DNA from: Proteromonas lacertae
Lineage: Eukaryota
Assembly (NCBI GenBank): GCA_002245135.1
Contig: NGBS01000605.1
Location: 62,001-125,447 of the forward strand
DNA: 63,447 nt
Direction of reading: 5' to 3'
In this document: one piece after another, positions 1-11,092 of the stretch
How the letters are laid out: each line of letters begins with the position of its first letter
Position numbering within the stretch: position 1 is the stretch's first letter
Translations under genes and position numbers: made by a program
Notes under the pieces: model-generated
Database searches by the model: none
Told to the model about the DNA's origin: nothing
The model's input: the letters and a program-made list of their open reading frames with translations, nothing else

Positions 1-3000
1 AACCAATCAAGATTAACATCATAATTATTGTCATCTAAATACAATTTATTCAAATATTTTAACACTGAAAGATGATTGGACAGAGAAATAACACCTTTAT
101 TGGAAATATTATTTGATGAAAAATCTAATGTCTTCAAATTTGGTGTATATTTCAACTGTTCTGATAAAAACTCTATTCCGTTACTTATCATATTCCCAGA
201 CATATTCAATATCTTCAAATTGTACAAACTTGACATAAATTTTGAAAATTCAATCACTCCATAATCGCCAATATTGTCGTTATAACAATATAAATTCTCT
301 AAGTTGCCTATATATTGACAATTGTGACTAAATTCAGCAAATCCATTGTTATCAATTGGATTTTGCTGAATAAAAAGTGTATTCAAATGAGGTAAAAACT
401 TGAAAGATTCTGAAAAGTATTTCATTCCTACACTAGTCATATTAATATCTATACAATAATAAATTCAATAATAATAATCAAAATATACCATCGATATATA
501 TTTTTATAAGATTTCTAACTGCTGATAACTCTTTACTTAAAGATATAATTCCTTCATCATCGATCTTATTACTTGACAATAGCAATGATGTTAATAACGA
601 CAAATGAGATATATTTTTTGCCATTTCTGTTATACCTTTACTACTAATATTGTTATATGAAAGATTTAATTCATTCAAATAGTTTAATCTACTGAAATTC
701 TGACTGAAAGCAATTAATGAAGCATCATCACATTCAGCATCTATACAATATTATATATGATGATGATGATAATTAAAATACTGTTCAAATCTATAGTGTG
801 TAGAAGAGAAAGCAAACCTATATTTTCATAGAATTTTTTGGTATTGTTTGAAAAATTATTATTACCTATTCTTAGTATTGCTATGTGACTTAAATGGCTA
901 AAATAACTTGATAATTCATCCATCTTCTCACCATCATCTAATCTACAATTTGATATGTTTAAATCTTTCAATCTTGTTATATAAACTAAATTTATAATAA
1001 TATCATGCACATATTCATTTGATTTTATATTCAATGTACTATGCGACAAATCAAATGTATTTAAATTCTTTAAATCAGAAAAATGATTTGATATTTTACT
1101 TAATCCATAACATGTAATTTTGTTATTTTTGATTGATAATTCTTCTAAATTTGATATATATTTGAAACTATTTAATAACATTATAATGCCATTATCTTTT
1201 AATGAATTGGACGCAAGATTAAGATATTGAAGATGAGGAATATAATGCAATGTATAGCTAAATTCAATTAATGTTGATAAATTATTCATCTTAACATTCT
1301 CTAAATTCAATTTCTGAAGATTACATAGATTATGAAAATTTGTAAAACAATACAACATATTCATATCATTTCCAACAAATCCAATTGTTTTTAGATACTT
1401 ACAATTACGAAATATGTTGTTGCTCATTGACATAATAAAACCAACATAAGATGTGTCTATTTTATTACCATTTACATTTAGATGAATGATATTCTTATGA
1501 TTTGATAATGTTTTTATATCATTCAAAAATGTAAATGGATCAGATGCCTTTTTACTACTTTCCCACTGAATAATTTGCAACCGATTTATTTCACTTAAGC
1601 CTATTGAATTAATAGAATTCTTTGATAAATTAAAATGATTTAGTTTCTTTAGTTTATATACTAAACCCATTAAATCATATCTACAATCTTTAGATATTTG
1701 ATTATTCTCCAGATTTAATGATTCTAAGTTAGTTAAATTTATTGCGCTTTTGCAAAACACTTTAATTCCTATCTTACCAATACGATTATTAGAAATATTT
1801 AGGTGTTTTAAATTCGATATATTACTAATGCTATTACATAATGCACTTATTGAATCACCGCCATTTAACATAGTTTCTGCAATATTCAATCTTTCTAAGT
1901 GTGTTATAAATTTCAAATTTCTAGAAAAAACGATCATTCCTTTCAATGAAAATGAATTACTTCTTAATAACAACACTTTAAGATTTGTTATGAATGAAAA
2001 TGAATTTGATAATGATATTAAACCTTCATCATTATAATAATCAACTATTTATTATTTAAATATAACAATAAAAAATATACAGTTTAGGTTAAGATATTGT
2101 ATTTCTGGTGTATATTTAAAGTTATCAGCTATATACTTTATTCCTTTATTTCCTATTTCGGTACCAGCTAATTTCAGTTTTTCTAATTTAGTAATATACT
2201 TCATATTTTCACCAAATAATCTGTAACTTTCTTCATTCAATGGATTAGCACTGAAATTGAAACATTTTAGATTTGTAATACAACTAAAATTAGATACTAA
2301 ACACCTAAAACTATTTTCATTAAAGAAGTTCCATTCTAATGTAAGCGTTTCTAAAAGAGGTAAATGTAATAAACTATTGGATAATGATTGTAATGACATA
2401 TTATCAATATAACAATTCTTTAATTTCAAATATACTAGATTTGTACAGTGTGTAAATGATTGATATAATATCTCATAATTATTTCCTATTAGTGAATCTG
2501 AGAGATTCAAATATTTCAATGTTTTTATTTGTTTTATTATATCTGCAAGTAGAGTGATGTGTGTTGATGTTATATCTGTATCTATAGATTATTATAATGA
2601 TTATATGCATTATATACTTGATAAATCTAAATATTCCAAATTAGTAAGACAGCTAACAACTTTGTTAAATTCTGTTAAGGAGATAATACTGACAAAATTG
2701 GATCTTATATGTAAACTCCTGAGATTTGTATTGAATGAAAGATTTTTAAAAATTAATGAAGCAGAATAATCATCAATTGAATTATCTAAATATATAATAT
2801 GAATTAATAATATTAATGTATTAAATACTGTTTAAATTCAATTTATGTAAATTATGTAAAAAACGAATATTTTTACTGAAACAATTGATAGATTCATATG
2901 ACAATTGATTTCCATAATTATAATTAATCTCTTTGTCAATATCTCTCTCTATTTCATCTATCAATTACAATATAATAAACTATATATATATATATATATA

Positions 3001-4046
3001 CATTCAAAACTCAATATTTGAAGTGTTGAGATATATGAAAAAACATTACTTATATACTTCAATGTGTGATTATTAATACAATTCAATAACTGCAATTCTA
3101 TAAGCGAATTATAATATTTTAATTCACTGGATAAATGTGTAATAGATGGTACAAAATGGCATGTATTACTATTACAATTGTGAGGAGGATAAGTTGGACA
3201 ATGAGAAATACATATTTTAGGTAATTCTGAGTTTATAATTATTGACTTATTGTTTGAGTAAATTGGTACTTTGATATATTTGTTTATTATTTCACATATT
3301 TCACTAACAGATGGTCTTAGCTGTGGGTGTGGTTGGAAGATTTTTTTCAATAATTCATTGATTTCTCCATTATATAATAATTTCAAATTGTTATATTCAT
3401 AATTACATCTCAATATACTTCTATAAAGAGACTTTACATCTTTTTTATTGAATGGTTCAATTCCTGTTAAAATTTCAAAAATTACACAACCTAAACCCCA
3501 CACATCTGATTCTATAGATTTTTCATTCAGACAATTGCTCTTTAATATCTCTGGAGATAAATTCTGAATAGAATGGTAATAATAAGATTGTAAATCAATT
3601 TCTTTTGGTAGTAACAAATATTGAAAGGGATCTACTAAATATACATTAAAAGTATTAATATCTATCATTATATTGTTTATAGAGATATTACCATGAACAG
3701 CTTGATTAGAGTGTAAATACTCTACTGAACTACATATATCAAATGATAATTTAATTGGGTCAATATAATTACATAATTGATATAGTTTTAATGGCGTTAA
3801 ACAATTTCTACTGATTATTAAGTTTGAATTATTCACTACACTCACTGAGAATAATAGATTAGGATGATATAGTAATTTATAACTCATGTATTTTGATAAT
3901 AATATTTTATCAATCAATAAAATATTGTACATCTTGATTAGCTGATTTGATTTATTAACCCCACTTTTAAGCAGATATACAGTTTTATTTATTGATTTGC
4001 TAATTATTAAACAACTTTTTGTATCTAAATTAATCACTTCTGTCAT
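1..4046 (-). CDS. Pseudokinase fused to a long RNI-like leucine-rich-repeat array (6 introns; 3' end outside window)
   Basis: ORF 2961-4046 has a kinase fold with HGN in place of HRD, DPF in place of DFG, plus SPE and DVWGLG. It splices through GT-AG introns (e.g. 2958-3001) into LxxLxLxxNxIxxxG repeats (ORFs 2052-2519, 741-1976, 478-678) that continue to the window edge. Confidence 0.85.
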
Positions 4047-4345
4047 TATATATTGAAAGACTTTAGAATACGTTATTTCTTTCCTTTTAAAAATTGTTGT
4101 TTAATACAATAAATTCAAATAAAGTATATATGTAGACAAATACTTTAAATATAACTCAAAATCAGCAAAATTAAATATGCGGTTTGAACAGATCACAAAC
4201 AATATCCGTTTCAATAATTGTTTATTCGATTTTTGCATAAACTAAATCGCTGGGTATTGCAATAGTATGTTTATATGATTATATTTGATCAAATTTATTT
4301 TAGTATTCATTTTTAAAATAAAAAAAAACACGTATTCATATTAAA

Positions 4346-6066
4346 TTAATTCACTATATGTAATATAATTTCTTTTTTAATATCTTCTATATCTTTTATA
4401 TGCATTCTAATAATATATTTCATTTCTATATCAGAAGTCTCATCCATCAACTTAACAGCATTTGGCAATCCTCTCAAGCTTTGCTTTACATATTCTTTAA
4501 TTCCAAGAGGTTTACAAGTACATTCTTCAACACTATTACATCCAAAACAGCTAGGAAACTGACTATCAATAAATACAAACTGTTTTCCTTCTTTTTGTAT
4601 TTTTCTTTTCATAATTATTTCACTATAACCAATTGAAGGTAAATGGCATAAACCATGAGAGTTATGTGGAATTTTTAATTTAGATATTGATTCATTGGAT
4701 GTTCCATATTTTACTCCTAATTTTACTACTTTTACTTTTCCGTTAATATTGTAGTGTTTTGATTTCATATCTACATCTAAGTAAATATCATTAATTGATT
4801 GAATTAATTCTCTCTTTTCATTTTCTGATTTATCCTTCAGTGATTTTACTATTGAAACAACCATTTCATCAATAAATAAATCTCTTAAAGTTGGATTTTC
4901 CTATTCAATATAATAACAAAATAGTATTATACTCTACTCTTATATCTAATACTTTCATCTACATCAATCTGTTGAAATGTAGTTGTATCTGTTATATTTA
5001 TTTGTTGACTTTCATTTGAATGTAAAATTGAATTTGATTTATTTAAAACACCATATACAATATCATTTGAATCTGGCTGATTGTTATTTTCAGTATTATA
5101 ATTGTGAATTATTGAATGTGTATTAGCTGTTGTATTTCTTGGTAATAAATTTTTGTTTGGATTAATAGATGATTCTGTGAATGAGTTTGGATTTGTATTT
5201 AATGAATTATTCATTGTACTACTAAACAGTCTATTTGCATCAACACTATGTGTATCAACTTGATTCAAAAATGATGAATTATTGTTATTGTTGTTACTTT
5301 TCATTGAGTGATTTTGGAAGGTTGAATTATGCTGAATAGAACAATTTGGACATATAGTACTATATATATATATAGAAAATACTTTGAAATATGTGAAACT
5401 GAATGAATAGAATCACTACTATTCTGTATATCTGTCAAAATACTTTGAGTGTCATTCAACGCCTGTTTTATTTTAGATTCAGGTGGTAGTTTTATTGATA
5501 AGTTACTTCCTTCATGTATTTCATCAATATAACTCTTCAGATTCTTCAACTTAGTAGGTGGTTTCTTTGATGTATTTAATTGTTGTGATGATTTTTCAAA
5601 TATTCTACTCATTGCGTCTTTTGTCCATTTTAAACCAGAATCAGAACCGTTATATGATTGTGTTAATCTAGAATCATCCATTGACATAACTATTGGTGCT
5701 GCTAATATATCTGAATAGAATGGTTGATCCAAAAATCTATCTCTTAATGTAAGTTGAAAATTCACCTACGATTCAATCTATAATATCTATTCATTATACA
5801 TCGTTTTTATTAGAGTATCTATCCATAGCTATATCGTTATAATTACCTCTATATTCACATCCATCCATCTCATACATTTTATTTAACACTGATGGTCTTA
5901 CCTATACTTTATATAATTCAAATAATACAATATCTTTTTTAGAAGACAGAAGTGATATTCTGGATTTGTGATTCCTATTGTGAACATCGTTATACTTATT
6001 CTTCTCGACATATCTAGAGATCTTTTTGGGTCTATGAGGTGTTCTTTCTCTTACATCATCCTCCAT
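4346..6066 (-). CDS. Hypothetical multi-exon protein with Asn/Ser-rich middle and a C-terminal Cys cluster
   Basis: ATG at 6066 (MEDDVRERTP). Short GT-AG introns join it to ORF 5301-5765; ORFs 4927-5304 and 4346-4864 follow on the same strand with intron-like gaps. C-terminal CFGCNSVEECTC. Confidence 0.6.
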
Positions 6067-6221
6067 TCGCAAAAATAGAAATGTTAACGGCTAGTTTGAG
6101 ATATATTTTTTCATTTTACTCATCCAACAATACAATTTCAACAATAAAAACATAAATTAACGTAATAAATAAAACTGTACAAGTTATTTGGAAAAACTGA
6201 TGAAGATTATAATGTGATTGT

Positions 6222-7833
6222 TCAATATGAACTATCTCTATTACTACCATTAGGCAGAGTAGGAATGTTATTATCACAATAAATAGGATTTATCGAAGAT
6301 AGAGTTGTAGGGTCAGCTAATTTAGATTCATTAATTGTATCATGAAAGGTTCTATCACTATAATTATCATTCAACTTCTGTTCCTGTACTGGAGTATCAG
6401 GGGAACAAGACTCATAAGACCTTCTCTGTCTAAATCTACTTGATGGAATAATATCTGTTGGTTTAGGGAATGGAGGAGGTGACGGTTTTGTTATAGCACT
6501 ACCACTGATTGTATTAGCACCACCTCCATACACTGAAGCAGGTACAGGAGTCGAGACTTGACAATCATTTGCAGATTCTGTTCTATACCTCTGTTTCTTT
6601 ACATATATACCAGGAGACTGTACTGTATTATTAGTATAAATACTATTATTACTATTAGGACGAGTATTTCTCACACTATGTTGATATGGCGGAGGATTTC
6701 CACTAATTACTCCATTATTCACAGCAGGAGTATTGCTTCTAGTAGAATCATAATCATTCTCAGGTCGCATCTTATATTTATTCATAAAAGGATGGTGGAA
6801 CAACTCCCTAGCCGATGATCTCTCTTCTGGCCTTCTTTGGAAACATGTATTCAGAAATGATACTAACTCTATACTAATATCTTGAGGTATCATTGGTGGC
6901 TGTTTTCCATTAGCAATATGATATAATAATGTCGCAATTGTTCCACATTGTAATTCCTTCCAAGGAGGATATCCTGTGATCATTTCATATACTGTACAAC
7001 CCAAACTCCATATATCACTAGCAAATGAATACTTACGATCTACAATTACTTCTGGTGCGATATAGTATGGTGTTCCTTTCAAGCTTTCTTCAAACGTCTC
7101 AACGTTGACATCTCGCAGTTGTTTTGATGCACCAAAATCTGCTAGTTTGATTGTACCTTTATCACTTACTAAGACATTAGCTGGTTTAATATCACGATGA
7201 AGTACATTATTTTCATGTAAATATAGTAAACCACTTAATATTTGACTAGTATATGCGTGTATAATTTGTTCGGTGAATTTGCCGAATTTTGAGATTAATG
7301 ATTTTATTGAACCTCCAGGAACCCATTCTGTTAGAATATATAAGTAATTATTAATCTGTGAGGTGCCTAAATATTGTGTAATATTTGGATGATCCAATTT
7401 CTTCATGATTTCTATCTCATCTCTCAGTGATTTGATTTCTTTCATTGAGGATTGATCAAATCGTATTTCTTTTACTGCCATTAATATTCCAGTATCTAAA
7501 TCTAAGCCCATATATACAGTACCAAAGGAGCCATGACCTAGCACTTCACCTTTACGCCAATGTATCTCACAAGGTGTTCCTGAATCAGATGACATGTGCG
7601 CCTGTGTAGTCATATCTCCTACTGGAACTTGTGATGGTAATAAAGGATGTTGATCATTTTGTACTTTCATTGTGTTAAATTCGGGGTTAACTTTTCTAAT
7701 AGTTTGTGCAACTCGGATTGTCGAAGGTGAAGGAGGTTCTTCTGGAGGTTTAAACTCTATATAATTTGATTAATAAAAAAATACGCTCAACTGTATTATC
7801 AGTTTTAATTTCTTTTGATGTTTGACATCCCAT
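6222..7833 (-). CDS. MAP kinase kinase kinase (STE11/NPK1-like) with N-terminal MGC acylation motif
   Basis: GEVLGHGSFGTV, AVKE, EWVPGGS, HRDIKPAN, DFG, GTPYYIAPE, DIWSLG. Exon 1 MGCQTSKEIK from ATG 7833 joins ORF 6222-7670 through one short GT-AG intron. Confidence 0.92.
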
Positions 7834-7961
7834 AAAAACTAATTTATATACAGAGGAAACTGTTTAAAATAGTGTTTAGATCGAAAGGATTGATAAGAAA
7901 CAGTCTTAGAAAAAAACTTGGCTTGAACAATATTCAAAATAAATTTGTTTTGATCGATTTT

Positions 7962-8320
7962 ATGGAAGCCAGTCCTGATGTATAACTCTGCTACTATTAT
8001 TTCCTTTTTTAGGTTGAACTACTGGATCTTTTGAACAGGTTTTCTAACTCAATAAATCAAGTATTTTTGATTTGTAATAGTGAATAGATTGATTCTACTG
8101 TTGTAGATTTAGATGCATTGGTTCTAAAAATTAATGATAAATTACAACAATTAGAGAAGAATATGGTATAGTCTTTCGTAATTAGTCTAATAGGTAAGCT
8201 TATCTTATCCAATTCAATCATCAGTTTATGATTATGTTGTAAATCATGTATATATAAATATATCATTTATAGCCAAATTCCTCATCAATCGTTGAAACTA
8301 ATGCTCCCTCATTTTCATAA
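7962..8320 (+). CDS. Small (~81 aa) coiled-coil protein, 5 exons, absent from the ORF track
   Basis: Four phase-0 GTAT...TAG introns give an open frame: MEASPD|VELLDLLNRFSNSINQ|IDSTVVDLDALVLKINDKLQQLEKNM|VSLSYPIQSSVYDYVVNH|PNSSSIVETNAPSFS*. Confidence 0.75.
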
Positions 8321-8564
8321 TTAATTTAATTGTCTGTATAATGATGTTTTTTGATGTTTTTTGAAGAATTGAATGGTATGATCAGAATATGCAATTTGAA
8401 TTTGTTTTGTTTTTGTGTGTTTTATCGCATTTAATATCAAAATACCATCTGATTTGAATAAATAGACAAAACTGTAAAACCTCACTTAACAAATAGTGTT
8501 TTGATTTTTTCAGTTTTTAAAAATCCTACTCATTCGTTAATACTAATAGATATTATAAATAATT

Positions 8565-10757
8565 ATGGGATGCACTACTTCAAAGGAATTAGAATTTACT
8601 TCGGCTTTAGATCGAAGAGAATCAGAAGATCAAGTGGATGAAGCAGCTCAAGCTATGTTTTGTGATTTTCATATGTCATCAAGAGTGGATGTATCGTATT
8701 TATTTTTATTAGTTAGGTAACTGTTTACTGTAGTCATCTTCCTCAACTGGACGCTTTATCTAAATCTGATCCAATGGTTATTGTTTATCAAAAATCTAAA
8801 GAAGGTAGATGGTATGAATTAGGAAGAAGTGAAGTGTTAGTTGATGAAGATAAGTATATATTAATAATTATTATAAATAGTCCGCATTTTCAGAAACATT
8901 TCCCTATGACATTTATGTTTGAAGAAGAACAAATCATCAAATTCGATGTTTATGATGTTGATCAATTTGATGTTGATCCTCTACTAATATCCTTTTTCTA
9001 ATGTATAAATAATTGAATAATAGTGATATTCTTAATTATATTTAATTGAATTTAGCTAAACAAGACTTTATTGGTTCAGTAGAAACACCTTTAGCAACAA
9101 TAGCAGCAAGTCAATCAAAAATGAAAACTTTTCGACTTATTAATAATTCAGATAGAAAGAGACAATGGGGTACAATAACAATACAAGTAGAAGAATTATC
9201 CAATCAGAATGCAGATGTTATGTTAGAATTTGCAGTTCAAAGTATAATATTATATAATTATCTAATATTTTCTTTATTTTTTAGATTTTAATAAAAGTGG
9301 TTCTTATTTCTTACGAGTCTCTAGATTACGTGAAGCTGGTCAAAATGATGTTTGTTATCGAACAGAACTTACAAAATCAAACAATAGAGTATTACACTGG
9401 AAATGTGTTAAATTGAACATTCAACCACTTTGTAATGGAGATATTTATCGTCCATTAATTATTGAACTATTTCAATTTGGATCAAATGGTACACATTCAT
9501 TGGTTGGTTCTATTACAACATCATTGGAGAAGATACAGAGTGTACAATCAGTTCAATTAAAAGCACCAAATTTGTATTTATTTTAATCTTTTTTTTAATT
9601 CTATTTATAGAGTTGAATTACCGTATTCATTACAATTCATTTGTTGTCAAGTAAAGCCGAAGTTCACATTCTTGGACTACATTCGTGGTGGATGTGAATT
9701 AAACTTCATGGTAGCAATCGATTTCACAGGTAGTAATGGAAATCCAGCACAACCAGGTACTTTACATTATGTAGATCCAACGGGAAATCCAAATCAATAT
9801 GAAAAAGCAATTACAGCTGTTGGTAATATCTTAGAATATTATGATTCAGATAGAATGTTTCCTACATTTGGTTTTGGTGGAATTTATAATAATAATGTCT
9901 CCCATTGTTTCCCTTTAAATTTCAATGAACAAAATCCTGAAGTGAGAGGAGTTGATGGTATTTTAACTTCCTATAAAACAGCGATAAGAAGATGTGGTTT
10001 ATCTGGTCCAACGATATTTACGCCTGTTATTAGCACTGCTATTAGTTATGCATCACAATATCAAGCTTCTGGAGAGCAGAAATATTTAATTTTATTGATT
10101 ATTACAGATGGTTGTATAAATGATATGGATGATACAATTGCAGCAATTGTTACAATATCATTTTTTTTATTTTATTATTTTTATTTTCTTTAATGCATAT
10201 GTAAGCTACTGATTATCCAATATCTATATTGATTGTTGGAGTAGGAAATGCTGATTTTACTAATATGAATGTATTTATTAATCATATTATATATATATAT
10301 ATATATCATTAAATAGATATTAGATGGTGATGAAATAAGATTACAATCAAATGGTCGTGTAGCTTCTCGTGATATTGTACAATTCGTTCCAATGAATCAA
10401 TTCGTCAATCAAGCACAATATGTATTAACAAGTGAATTACTAGCAGAAATACCAAAACAATTATTAGACTATATGGAATCAAGAAATATAACACCCAAAA
10501 GATATTCTACTTCCCCTCATAGATCTGGTACTATGTCTAGTGTTAGTAGTTACTCAATTACTGATCAAATGAAGGATAGAAGCAATAGTACAGTTGGAGT
10601 TCCATTAGCTAGTCATTATGCTCAACCACCACAACCTATTAATATACCTTCTCCACCATATACTGGTGATGATAATAGTAATGTTAATCAACAATATCCA
10701 CCTGGACCACTTCCACCTGCTACTAGTATATATAATTTTGATTTTTATGAGCAATAG
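8565..10757 (+). CDS. Copine (C2A-C2B-vWA), N-terminal MGCTTSK, two AT-AA introns
   Basis: SKSDPMV, FDVYDVD, QDFIG, FLDYIRGG, AIDFTGSNG, LIITDG, SILIVGVG and RDIVQFVP copine motifs reassemble after splicing. Confidence 0.95.
8987..9045 (+). other. U12-like (minor spliceosome) intron with AT-AA termini, 59 nt
   Basis: Starts ATATCCTTTTT, has branch-like TTCTTAAT at 9029-9036, ends TTTAA. Removal joins DVDPLL to LNLAKQDFIG in frame; I found no GT-AG pair that restores the frame. Confidence 0.85.
10155..10204 (+). other. U12-like intron with AT-AA termini, 50 nt
   Basis: Starts ATATCATTTT, has branch-like TTCTTTAAT at 10186-10194, ends TGTAA. Removal gives the conserved copine segment DTIAAIVT|ATDYPISILIVGVG. 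Confidence 0.85.
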
Positions 10758-11092
10758 ATTTTTATCCAGTTTAAATGGTAAATATAGGATTGTATAGAAA
10801 TGATTCATGTTGTGTATAATACTTAAAACTAGCAAGTGTAGTTAATACTTTTTCTTTTTTAATTATGATGAAAATATACTAAATGTTGTTTCTTTTCTTT
10901 AATTTTGTTTAAAATATCATAAATATCACCTTCATACAGGTAATAAAAAAAATGTCGCTTAATGATTTTTGTTAAAACATCTTGTGTACATATTCTACTT
11001 GATGACATACATGTATAGAAGAGTAATGTTTGAGATTAAAGGCTTAATGGTTTCATTTTTGTGTCTAACATTTCGTAACGAATTTTTTTTTA

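Noticed and set aside
8691..8716. GTATCG-starting copine intron as a U12 GT-AG intron
   Set aside because: It is 26 nt, lacks CTT after GTATC and has no branch motif; it fits the major class.
10758..11092. Possible C/D snoRNA (ATGATGA near 10865)
   Set aside because: No matching CTGA D box or terminal stem found.
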